From Eledone cirrhosa (Eukaryota): DNA of 64,000 bases. Shown piece by piece: positions 27,541 to 42,409 of the stretch; within the stretch, counting starts at the first letter, position 1; the number at the start of each line of letters is the position of its first letter. Made by a program: the position numbers and the translations under genes. Under the pieces are notes generated by a model, which did not search any database, had not been told where the DNA came from, and saw nothing but the letters and a program-made list of their open reading frames with translations. The DNA is taken from contig OZ024759.1 of NCBI GenBank assembly GCA_964016885.1, positions 8,432,001 to 8,496,000 of the forward strand. The letters run 5' to 3'.

Positions 27541-27728
27541 GTACATGTATATATATATGTATATATGTATGACAGTGGGGGAAGGGTTGAGGGCAAGGCC
27601 CTAACCGGACAAAAACACCACAGCGGAAACGTTGTTCGGTGTGAGAAGCTTTACCAACAGGGATAGACTTTTTGTCTAGAACTATAAATATACATGTTGA
27701 GCAGTTGGCAAACCTGCGTTTACATAGC

Positions 27729-27838
<110 letters not shown>

Positions 27839-27894
27839 ATTTATATATATATATATATATATGCAACCATACCTACAAACACACACACACACAT

Positions 27895-27969
<75 letters not shown>

Positions 27970-28011
27970 GAAATACTGTGCTTCTTGCTCATAATAATTT
28001 CTATACTTTTC

Positions 28012-28050
<39 letters not shown>

Positions 28051-28079
28051 TATATACATATATATATTATATATATAGA

Positions 28080-28245
<166 letters not shown>

Positions 28246-28251
28246 CACACA

Positions 28252-28308
<57 letters not shown>

Positions 28309-28409
28309 CGAATAATAAAATAAAAAATATGGGTGAAGGCAGGAAGATAAAGTAATAGAGTTTTATCTCAGTGAATCGCTAGAGATACGTTATTTCATGT
28401 AGGATGACA

Positions 28410-31116
28410 TCACTGTCCTAGGTCGCCATATTCTATGAGAGTCTGTCACTGTCCTTTCCTATTGCCACATGAGGTCGTCAGACTGTCCTAGGTCGCCATA
28501 TTCTATGAGAGTCTGTCACTGTCCTTTCCTATTGCCACATGAGGTCGTCAGACTGTCCTAGGTCGCCATATTCTATGAGAGTCTGTCACTGTCCTTTCCT
28601 ATTGCCACATGAGGTCGTCAGACTGTCCTAGGTCGCCATATTCTATGAGTCTGTCACTGTCCTTTCCTATTGCGACATCAGGTCGTCAGACTGTCCTAGG
28701 TCGCCATATTCTATGAGAGTCTGTCACTGTCCTTTCCTATTGCCACATGAGGTCGTCAGACTGTCCTAGGTCGCCATATTCTATGAGTCTGTCACTGTCC
28801 TTTCCTATTGCGACATCAGGTCGTCAGACTGTCCTAGGTCGCCATATTCTATGAGAGTCTGTCACTGTCCTTTCCTATTGCCACATGAGGTCGTCAGACT
28901 GTCCTAGGTCGCCATATTCTATGAGAGTCTGTCACTGTCCTTTCCTATTGCCACATGAGGTCGTCAGACTGTCCTAGGTCGCCATATTCTATGAGAGTCT
29001 GTCACTGTCCTTTCCTATTGCCACATGAGGTCGTCAGACTGTCCTTGGTCGCCATATTCTATGAGAGTCTGTCACTGTCCTTTCCTATTGCCACATGAGG
29101 TCGTCAGACTGTCCTTGGTCGCCATATTCTATGAGAGTCTGTCACTGTCCTTTCCTATTGCCACATGAGGTCGTCAGACTGTCCTAGGTCGCCATATTCT
29201 ACGAGTCTGTCACTGTCCTTTCCTATTGCGACATCAGGTCGTCAGACTGTCCTAGGTCGCCATATTCTATGAGAGTCTGTCACTGTCCTTTCCTATTGCC
29301 ACATGAGGTCGTCAGACTGTCCTTGGTCGCCATATTCTATGAGAGTCTGTCACTGTCCTTTCCTATTGCCACATGAGGTCGTCAGACTGTCCTTGGTCGC
29401 CATATTCTATGAGAGTCTGTCACTGTCCTTTCCTATTGCCACATGAGGTCGTCAGACTGTCCTAGGTCGCCATATTCTATGAGAGTCTGTCACTGTCCTT
29501 TCCTATTGCCACATGAGGTCGTCAGACTGTCCTAGGTCGCCATATTCTATGAGAGTCTGTCACTGTCCTTTCCTATTGCCACATGAGGTCGTCAGACTGT
29601 CCTTGGTCGCCATATTCTATGAGAGTCTGTCACTGTCCTTTCCTATTGCCACATGAGGTCGTCAGACTGTCCTAGGTCGCCATATTCTATGAGAGTCTGT
29701 CACTGTCCTTTCCTATTGCCACATGAGGTCGTCAGACTGTCCTAGGTCGCCATATTCTATGAGTCTGTCACTGTCCTTTCCTATTGCGACATCAGGTCGT
29801 CAGACTGTCCTAGGTCGCCATATTCTATGAGAGTCTGTCACTGTCCTTTCCTATTGCCACATGAGGTCGTCAGACTGTCCTAGGTCGCCATATTCTATGA
29901 GTCTGTCACTGTCCTTTCCTATTGCCACATGAGGTCGTCAGACTGTCCTAGGTCGCCATATTCTATGAGAGTCTGTCACTGTCCTTTCCTATTGCCACAT
30001 GAGGTCGTCAGACTGTCCTAGGTCGCCATATTCTATGAGAGTCTGTCACTGTCCTTTCCTATTGCGACATCAGGTCGTCAGACTGTCCTAGGTCGCCATA
30101 TTCTATGAGAGTCTGTCACTGTCCTTTCCTATTGCCACATGAGGTCGTCAGACTGTCCTAGGTCGCCATATTCTATGAGTCTGTCACTGTCCTTTCCTAT
30201 TGCCACATGAGGTCGTCAGACTGTCCTAGGTCGCCATATTCTATGAGAGTCTGTCACTGTCCTTTCCTATTGCCACATGAGGTCGTCAGACTGTCCTAGG
30301 TCGCCATATTCTATGAGAGTCTGTCACTGTCCTTTCCTATTGCCACATGAGGTCGTCAGACTGTCCTAGGTCGCCATATTCTATGAGAGTCTGTCACTGT
30401 CCTTTCCTATTGCCACATGAGGTCGTCAGACTGTCCTAGGTCGCCATATTCTATGAGTCTGTCACTGTCCTTTCCTATTGCGACATCAGGTCGTCAGACT
30501 GTCCTAGGTCGCCATATTCTATGAGAGTCTGTCACTGTCCTTTCCTATTGCCACATGAGGTCGTCAGACTGTCCTTGGTCGCCATATTCTATGAGAGTCT
30601 GTCACTGTCCTTTCCTATTGCCACATGAGGTCGTCAGACTGTCCTTGGTCGCCATATTCTATGAGAGTCTGTCACTGTCCTTTCCTATTGCCACATGAGG
30701 TCGTCAGACTGTCCTTGGTCGCCATATTCTATGAGAGTCTGTCACTGCCCTTTCCTATTGCCACATGAGGTCGTCAGACTGTCCTAGGTCGCCATATTCT
30801 ATGAGAGTCTGTCACTGTCCTTTCCTATTGCCACATGAGGTCGTCAGACTGTCCTAGGTCGCCATATTCTATGAGTCTGTCACTGTCCTTTCCTATTGCC
30901 ACATGAGGTCGTCAGACTGTCCTAGGTCGCCATATTCTATGAGAGTCTGTCACTGTCCTTTCCTATTGCCACATGAGGTCGTCAGACTGTCCTTGGTCGC
31001 CATATTCTATGAGTCTGTCACTGTCCTTTCCTATTGCCACATGAGGTCGTCAGACTGTCCTAGGTCGCCATATTCTATGAGAGTCTGTCACTGTCCTTTC
31101 CTATTGCCACATGAGG
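28410..31116. repeat. 70-bp satellite (68-bp variants), ~39 copies
   Basis: GTCTGTCACT at 28441, 28511, 28581; unit made of two related ~35-bp halves. Confidence 0.97.
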
Positions 31117-31426
31117 ACCAAGGTGAGAGTGTATGCTGCATGTGTACTGTCAGCTTTGCTGTATGTATGTGAGACATGGGTTGCCTACAAACGGTATATC
31201 CACAGACTGGAGAGGTTTCACCAGCAGTGTCTCAGAAAGATGCTCGGTAACAAGTGGCAGATGCATGTGAGTGATGTTGAGGTCCTTGAGAGAAGTGAGT
31301 GTCGGCGCATTGAGAGTATCATCCACCAACCGCGTTTTCGATGGACCTGTCACCTTTGCAGAATGGAGGATGATGGAATCCCAAAACAACTCTTGTATGG
31401 CGAGCTTTGTGAGGGTAAGAGACCAT
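31114..31426 (+). mobile_element. RTE-clade LINE ORF fragment
   Basis: TKVRVYAACVLSALLYVCETW...LERFHQQCLRKML...RFRWTCHLCRMEDDGIPKQLLYGEL. Confidence 0.9.
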
Positions 31427-32462
31427 CTATATATATATATATATATAAATGAAGTATTTCCGTCGGAAAGGTACAGGAAAAAAGAGTGCTCCATGTAGGC
31501 TACAGAGCTTATTACATATATATATATATGGGTGTTTGATTGATGGTGTGTGCCTATATATTCCTACATATGCCCGTGTGTGTATGTACGTATATACGCA
31601 CATATGTGTGTGTTGAACAAAGGACTAATTTGGGGATGGACGTAGAAAAATTCTTCAGAAAAAAAAGAAAAAATAATTATTTACAAACTTAGCAGGTGCG
31701 ATTTGCCTGTGACCATTCTCAACACAAAAGGAATACTAAAAGCTTTTTCCCCTGAATAAAGGAATTTTTCGAGAATGACCGGGGCAGGCCGCACTTGCTA
31801 CATTTCTCCCCACCCAACCCTACTCACCGTCTCAACTCATTACTGCTATTAACACTTTTTCAACATACCTACACCCATGCACTTATTAAAGAGGGAGAAA
31901 AGAAACCCCCACCACACCACAGACATGTTAAATCCCTATATATAGAACAACACACCACATACACATCAGTTTGACAAGCGCACCTCAGCGTGAAAGGTCG
32001 TTCTAAAAACGAAACAATACCTCCTACGTTAACCAAGAACTCCTAAGACCTAACCAACAACCAACAACTTAATTTATAAAATAATTTTTTTTAAGAAAAA
32101 AATTTTTTCTAATCCGGAAAAAAATTCTTTTTGGATTTTGTGAAGAAAATAAATTTGTTGAAAGCACAAGTGAAGCCATTTTTTCTTCCCCCCTGTCTTA
32201 ATATACCTAACTGTACCAAGGATTACACACATTTTCCAATATATATATATATATTTAAAAGTTAAACAAGGTTCAATGAATACATCAAAGAATTACCCGC
32301 ACCCTCTCTATTGTTTGTATTATATGTTTTTCTCATGTTCTCAATATTAGGGTATAATATTAGGGTATAAATGTTAGGGTATAATATTAGGGTATAAATG
32401 TTAATCACTACCATGACTGAATCTTAACCATCTACTATGTCAGGGTATGTCATGCATCATCT

Positions 32463-32529
32463 TATTTTATCTGATGAGGACGTACAGTTGAACTTAACTC
32501 AGTACCTCTGAAATATGTATAATAAAATA
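32463..32529 (+). ncRNA. Type I hammerhead motif
   Basis: TATTTTAT-CTGATGA-GG..GTAC..AGTT..AACT..GTACCTCT-GAAA-TATGTATA^-ATAAAATA; perfect 8-bp stem I. Confidence 0.72.
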
Positions 32530-32598
32530 TACTTGATCACAAGAATATCTATTTTGTTAATATTTTGAATTAATATTATTTATATATATATATACATA

Positions 32599-34532
32599 TC
32601 TAAACTATAATAAAGTAAGAAGTGCGGGACTGCGTCCAGAATATATTTTTTTATCCCGTTTGTAAAATAAGTTGGATTACTTTGAATAAATAATGAATCA
32701 ATATTACATAATTTATCTACTAAATTTCATTATTCTTGATTAAATATAAATAATGCTATTACTTATTTTAAGATTCACTTCTTTAAAATTTTCAAATGTC
32801 AACACTTCCGGTTAGCGACCGTTTAAATAAATATTCATATATTTCTGTCACTAATTTTCTCCTAATGCAGTTTATATATAATATCATCTTATTTTAATGT
32901 ATCAAGGATTACGTTACTGATTACATAAGACAGTGTAACGCAGTCTTCGTTCAATTTCTGTGTATTATATATTGTCAATTACAATATTATTTGATGTATC
33001 ATATCTACATGTATATATACCTGCGTATAATATCAATATACACACTACACAGGCTAACAGATATATAATATCGTCTTTTTTTAATGTATCATGGATTACG
33101 TTACTGATTACATAAGACAGTGTAACGCAGTCTTCGTTCAATTTCTGTGAATATTGTCAATTACGATTTCATTTGATGTATCATATCTACATGTATATAT
33201 ACTTGCGTATAATATCAATATACACACTAGACATGCTAGCAGATATATAATATTGTCTTTTTTAATGTATCATGGATTACGTTACTGATTAAATAAGACA
33301 GTGTAACGCAGTCTTCGTTCAATTTCTGTGTATTATATATTGTCAATTACGATTTTATTTGATGTATCATATCTACATGTATATATACCTGCGTATAATA
33401 TCAATATACACACTACACATGCTAGCAGATATATAATATTGTCTTTTTTAATGTATCATGGATTACGTTACTGATTAAATAAGACAGTGTAACGCAGTCT
33501 TCGTTCAATTTCTGTGTATTATATATTGTCAATTACGATTTTATTTGATGTATCATATCTACATGTATATATACCTGCGTATAATATCAATATACACACT
33601 ACACATGCTAGCAGATATATAATATTGTCTTTTTTAATGTATCATGGATTACGTTACTGATTAAATAAGACAGTGTAACGCAGTCTTCGTTCAATTTCTG
33701 TGTATTATATATTGTCAATTACGATTCTATTTGACGCATCATATCTACATGTATATATACCTGCGTATAATATCAATATACACACTACACATGCTAGCAG
33801 ATATATAATATCGTCTTTTTTTAATGTATCATGGATTACGTTACTGATTAAATAAGACAGTGTAACGCAGTCTTCGTTCAATTTCTGTGTATTATATATT
33901 GTCAATTACGATTCTATTTGATCTATCATATCTCCATGTATATATACTTGCGTATAATATCAATATACACACTACACATACTAACAGATATATAATATCG
34001 TCTTTTTTTAATGTATCATGGATTACGTTACTGATTACATAAGACAGTGTAACGCAGACTTCGTTCAATTTCTGTGAATATTGTCAATTACGATTTCATT
34101 TGATGTATCATATCTACATGTATATATACTTGCGTATAATATCAATATACACACTATGGATTACGTTACTGATTAAATAAGACAGTGTAACGCAGACTTC
34201 GTTCAATTTCTACGTATTATATATTGTCAATTACGATTCTATTTGACCCATCATATCTACATGTATATATATACTTGCGTATAATATCAATATACACACT
34301 ACACATGCTAGCAGATATATAATATCGTCTTTTTTTAATGTATCATGGATTACGTTACTGATTACATAAGACAGTGTAACGCAGACTTCATTCAATTTCT
34401 ATGTATTATATATTGTCAATTACGATTCTATTTGACCCATCATATCTACATGTATATATACTTGCGTATAATATCAATATACACACTACACATGCTAGCA
34501 GAAAACCACCCCAAGGGTGGTTTTTCTGCTAG
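32599..34532 (+). mobile_element. Probable non-autonomous Helitron carrying an internal tandem array
   Basis: A|TCTAAACTATAATAAAG 5' end; subterminal hairpin ACCACCC-CAA-GGGTGGT, then CTAG|T. Confidence 0.65.
32870..34500. repeat. ~186-bp tandem repeat, ~9 copies (one truncated)
   Basis: GGATTACGTT at 32906, 33093, 33274, 33460, 33646, 33833, 34020, 34158, 34347. Confidence 0.95.
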
Positions 34533-34752
34533 TATACATAATGTGTCAAGTTTTTGGTGTGGGTGAGTTCGGCGCTGAAATGTTTGAATCATTCAAAACT
34601 ACACACCGAAGAGAAAACGCCCGCAGGAAGGGAGTTAACCTTTGCTATATTCTCTTACGTGACACCGTCATCTATATAGCCAGTTTCCATTTTTTCTTAT
34701 CTACAAATTCTTTCATTAGTTATAGTTTAGATATACACACACACATATATAA

Positions 34753-34789
<37 letters not shown>

Positions 34790-34803
34790 TGTGTGTCTGT
34801 GTG

Positions 34804-34852
<49 letters not shown>

Positions 34853-34890
34853 GCACACACACACATATATATATGTGTGTGTGTGTGTGT

Positions 34891-35011
<121 letters not shown>

Positions 35012-35031
35012 CACACATACACACATATATA

Positions 35032-35114
<83 letters not shown>

Positions 35115-35164
35115 GTGTGTGTGTGTGTGGGTATACATATATGTATATATATATATATATGTAT

Positions 35165-35212
<48 letters not shown>

Positions 35213-35999
35213 ATACATATATATATATATATATATGTATACACACACACACACATATATATGTGTGTGTGTGTATACATATATATATATATGTATACAC
35301 ACACACACACACACATACACACATATATATATATGTGTGTGTGTATACATATATATATATATATGTATACACACACACACACACACACGCACACACACAC
35401 ACATATATATATGTGTGTGTGTGTGTGTGTATACATATATATATATATATGTATATGCAATATATATATATATATATATGCAATATATATATATAGTGTG
35501 TATGAGTGTGTGTGTGTGTATGTGTGTGTGTGTGTGTATATATAGTGTGTCTGTGTGTGTGTGTGTGTATGTGAATGTATGTGTGTGAATGTGTGTGTGT
35601 GTGTGTGATTGTGTGTATGTGTGTGTGTATGTGCATGTGTGTATGTGTGTGTGGGATTGTGTGTGTGAGTATGTGTGTGTATGTGTATGTATGTGTATGT
35701 GTGTATGTGTGTGTGTATGTATGTGTGTGTGTGTGTATGTGTGTATGTGTGTGTGTGTGTGTATGTGTGTATGTGTGTATGTGTGTATGTGTCTATGTAT
35801 ATGTGTGTGTATGTGTGTATGTATATGTGTGTGTATGTGTATATGTATGTGTGTGTATGTGTATATGTATGTGTATATGTGTGTGTATATGTGTGTGTAT
35901 ATGTGTGTGTATATGTGTGTGTTCAGTGTTGAGGTGATGTCATTTTCAATGCAAGAATCTATGTGAGAATTTCATTCAAACACAACCCGGAAATATCAC

Positions 36000-36370
36000 T
36001 GGTGGTGGTGGTGGTTGTGGTCGTGGTGGTTTTGTTGTGGTTGTGGTGGTGGTGGTGGTGGTGGTGGTGGTGTTTTAGTGGTAGTGGTGGTGGTGTGGCA
36101 GTGGGGGGTTGTAGTGGTGGTGGTGGTGGTGGTGGTGGTGGTGGTGGTGGTGGTGGTGGTGGTGGTGGAGTTGTAGTGGTAGTGCTGGTGGTGGTGATGG
36201 TGATGGTGGTGGTAGAGTTGTAGTGGCAGTGCTGGTGGTGGTGATGGTGGTGGTGTGGTAGTGGTGGTGGGGGTGGGGGTGGTGGTGGTGATGGTGGTGG
36301 GGGTGGTGGGGGTGGTGGGGGTGGTGGGGGTGGGGGTGGTAGGGGAGTGATGGTAGGGGTGGTGTTGTGG

Positions 36371-36417
<47 letters not shown>

Positions 36418-36459
36418 TGTAGTATTAGTAGTAGTAGTAGTAGTAGTAGCAGCAGCAGC

Positions 36460-36500
<41 letters not shown>

Positions 36501-36528
36501 CAGCAGCAGCAGTAGTAGTAGTAGTAGC

Positions 36529-36572
<44 letters not shown>

Positions 36573-36610
36573 CAGTAGTAGTAGTAGTAGTAGGAGTAGT
36601 AGTAATAGCA

Positions 36611-36659
<49 letters not shown>

Positions 36660-36730
36660 CAGCATCAGTAGTAGTAGTAGTAGCAGTAGTAGCAGTAGCA
36701 GCAGTAGTAGTAGTAGTAGTAGTAGTAGTA

Positions 36731-36796
<66 letters not shown>

Positions 36797-36822
36797 CAGT
36801 AGTAGTAGCAGTAGTAGTAGTA
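36000..36822. repeat. (GGT)n then (AGT)n microsatellite
   Basis: Direct reading. Confidence 0.95.
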
Positions 36823-37211
36823 TTTCTCTATTCAATATATATCCCCCTTCCCCACACTCAAATAAACTACTATCAGATTGTCTTACCAACAAGGACTCCT
36901 AGCAACTTCTCTTAGTACTAAACCTAATACCAACACAGTCCCTACTGCACGCCTTCTTTTGCTTTTGTTCTTTGCCAATATATATGGTGGTGGTGGCTTG
37001 AGCTCTGCCGTCGGGGTCATACTTTATCCTATATATATCAATGATATTAATAAATGGAAACTATATTTATAAAACCATATTTATTCTATTAGTTTCTATA
37101 TAGTTTCAATTTATTAATATCATTGATATTATACTCCAGAAAACCTATCGAGTGCTTTGAATCTGTTATAAATATATTTGTTGAATTGCCAACAAATAAA
37201 ATATCCCTTTG

Positions 37212-37622
<411 letters not shown>

Positions 37623-37841
37623 TTATATATAACTGCTCTGTAAAACAACTGATGTTCTTACATTGAGCTATTTCTCTTACTGGTAATAAGGTAGTAATGA
37701 ATTACTGACCTTCCCTGCTTATAGTTGTTTATAGTATAGTATATACATAACTATAAATAGTATCTTTAATATTATATATATATATAACAACTAGAAATTG
37801 ATTAACATATAAATAAACATATGAAACAATCACAGGGGATA

Positions 37842-37878
<37 letters not shown>

Positions 37879-38011
37879 CATATTGCAGTATAGCAATATA
37901 AGGTTGCACTTACCAATGAAACGGTCGTAAATACCTGGATAAAATCCTTCTCTTAATGCTTACCTGTGTTTTCTCTTTTATACATATATATATATACATA
38001 TATATATATAA

Positions 38012-38163
<152 letters not shown>

Positions 38164-38627
38164 TTGGGGGGGGGCATATATACATACATACACACACACA
38201 CATATATATATCACATATATACATATATGTGTGTGTGTGTGTCGTGTGTGTGTGCATCTGATTAAATAGTTTTACAGATATGTTAGTAGAAAAACAGACA
38301 TAGAGAGACAGAGATAAATGAAGAATGGGCCAAGTAGTGGACTGGTGTGTTTATTATCTCCCTTGAAAGGAAGGACGCCAAAGTTGACCTCGACAGGATT
38401 AGAATCAAAATTCTAAGAATCTGAACGAATACCAGAAAGCATTCTTCGGAGAACTCCGCCAATTCTCAACCTTTATATTCAGAATAGGTATTTATATATA
38501 TTACAACATTTGCATAAAGATTTGCTTAACTATGAAAATTTAGAGCATGCTTTGTTAAATAGAAATACAAACATCGGTGCCATCAATAAATTTGTTCCAA
38601 ATTTTTGATTGGAGAAACGTTAAATAA

Positions 38628-39045
38628 AAGGTCTTGCTCAAGGACACAATACGCCACCGAGAATCGAACTCATGATGGTGAAATAAACACCTCTACCCAC
38701 TAGCCCACAAATCTTCCCGTATAGTCTTTGGCAGTATTGGTAGAGGGTCGGACGCCATGCTTTCCAGCATAGTTACGTCCCTTTATGATCTGAGTTCAAA
38801 TCCCGCCGAGGTTGACTTTGCCTTTCATCCTTACGGGGTCGATAAAATAAAGTATCAGTAATGCACTGAGGTAATTGCTGGCCTTGTGCCTAAAGTAGAA
38901 ACAATTATTAACTAGAACTTGCCATTCTGAGTTCAAATCCCGCCGAGGTTAACTTTGCTTTCACCCTTACGGGGTCGATAAAATAAAGTACCAGTAATGT
39001 ACTGGGTAATTGCTGGCCTTGTGCCAATAGTAGAAACAATTATTA
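38628..39045. mobile_element. SINE cluster (CORE-type on minus 38628-38712; two Meta-like copies on plus 38727-39045)
   Basis: TCTTGCTCAAGGACACAA..GAATCGAACTC; then two GAGTTCAAATCCCGCCGAGG units. Confidence 0.75.
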
Positions 39046-39046
39046 A

Positions 39047-39909
<863 letters not shown>

Positions 39910-40494
39910 TCTAAATTAGTTCAACAACAATTAAGAGATGTTTATTCAATTAATAAACCAAACATATTTTATCAAGTTTTTCTATTTTGGGCATGTATTT
40001 ATATATTCTAGTTTACAGGTAGGGATTGGTTAAACTATAGAAGGTAACAAACTTTTATAATTAATTAAGTATGATTTATAAAGAATTTATATTTAGAGAA
40101 TATCTCCAGCTATTTTAATTTCTAAAGTTAAACAATAAACAGTTAATAATCTCTTTCTCTAATGAAGGAAACTTATAAAAACATTTGTTGCCAGTTTTTC
40201 CTTTCATTTCGTTGTTCTTTTTCATATTTTCTATGTTTGAGCATTTTATTGGTTTTAGATAAATTCTCTCTCCCTCTCTCACATACACACACACACATGC
40301 ACACCATTTCTCTTCCTTTCTGTCATCCCCAATTTCTCACCCTCCGATCCACAGACACTTATTCTTCAATATTTTCACATCATCACAGATAAACATAAAA
40401 AGGAAACGCTTTTACTTTTTCCGTTGAAAGAGACGGTCCGAAACGCCAGGATAATCCTGCACCAGTGACATAGAAACATTATATTGTATATATA

Positions 40495-40935
40495 ATTGTT
40501 TCTACGTTAGGCACAAGGCCAGCAATTACCCAGTGTATTACTGGTACTTTATTTTATCGACCCCGTAAGGATGAAAGGCAAAGTTAACCAATATTATATA
40601 TTGTATATATAATATATTGTATATAATATATTATATATAATATATTATATATAATATATTATATATACAATATATAATATAGGTCATAACTATATCACGT
40701 ATATTATATATGCTATATATATCAAATACGTTATATATATATGTTATATATATCATATATTATATATATTATTTATGTGAGGCAGCGAATTGGCAGAGTC
40801 GTTAGTAGGTCAGATAGAATGGTTTATAGTATTCGTTCCCGCTCTCTTCTCTCTCAGTCCAAATCCCACTGAGGCCAATTTTGTCTTTCATCCTTTCGAG
40901 GTCGATAAAAAAGTACCAGTCTAATACTGAGGTCA
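40495..40935. mobile_element. SINE fragments (minus 40495-40590; older plus copy 40778-40935)
   Basis: Same core as the 4365 SINE. Confidence 0.65.
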
Positions 40936-41159
40936 TTTCTTCCTCTTTGTGGAAGAAATTTGTTGTATCCAGGCCTGAAGTTGAGCTCCTCCAGGTTTTA
41001 AAGAATGCTCAAGAAACGCTGTATGTCAACATGGCGTCTCTACGACTCAGGAGTTACGGGACCTGACCATATTTTATATGTTACCAATTAAAACATATTT
41101 TGCAGACACTAGTTTCCGGAGATTCTGTTTTATAATTTTTTAATTATACACACGAATGT

Positions 41160-41372
<213 letters not shown>

Positions 41373-41387
41373 ATATATTATATATAT

Positions 41388-41481
<94 letters not shown>

Positions 41482-41495
41482 TTGTGTATATATAC

Positions 41496-41564
<69 letters not shown>

Positions 41565-41565
41565 C

Positions 41566-41642
<77 letters not shown>

Positions 41643-42018
41643 TGTGTGTGTATGTGTGTGAATATATATGTTTATGTGTGGATGTGTATGTATGTTTGTT
41701 TATATGCGTGTGTTTACATCAACCAAGTAATGACGTAAGAGTGGGTGTGACCTGGTCTAAATTCCTATGTGTGTGTGTATGTGTGTATGTGTGTGGGTGT
41801 GTGTATATATGTATGTATATATGTATTGTGTATGTATATATGTATCTATATATGTATGTATGTATATAGTTATGTATGTATATATGTGTGTATGCATATA
41901 TGTATATATGGACATATATATATATGTATGTTTGTATTTATGCATGTATGTATATATGTATGTATATATGTATATATGTATGTATGTATGTATATATGTA
42001 TGTATGTATATATGTATG

Positions 42019-42051
<33 letters not shown>

Positions 42052-42234
42052 ATATGTATGTATGTATGTATATATATATGTATGTATATATATGTGTATG
42101 TATATATGTATGTATGTATATATATGTGTATGTATATATGTATGTATGTATATATATATGTATGTATGTATGTATATATGTGTATGTTTGTATTTATGCA
42201 TGTATGTATGTATATATGTATGTATATATGTATG

Positions 42235-42267
<33 letters not shown>

Positions 42268-42330
42268 ATATATATGTATGTATGTATATATATGTATGTA
42301 TGTATATATATGTGTATGTATATATGTGTG

Positions 42331-42361
<31 letters not shown>

Positions 42362-42409
42362 TTGTGCATGTACAAATGGTGCATCAGTCGTGGTAATGCG
42401 TATGTGTAA

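Noticed and set aside
32345-32402. TTAGGG-containing repeats as interstitial telomere
   Set aside because: Only four 13-14 bp units with TATAA spacers, not (TTAGGG)n.
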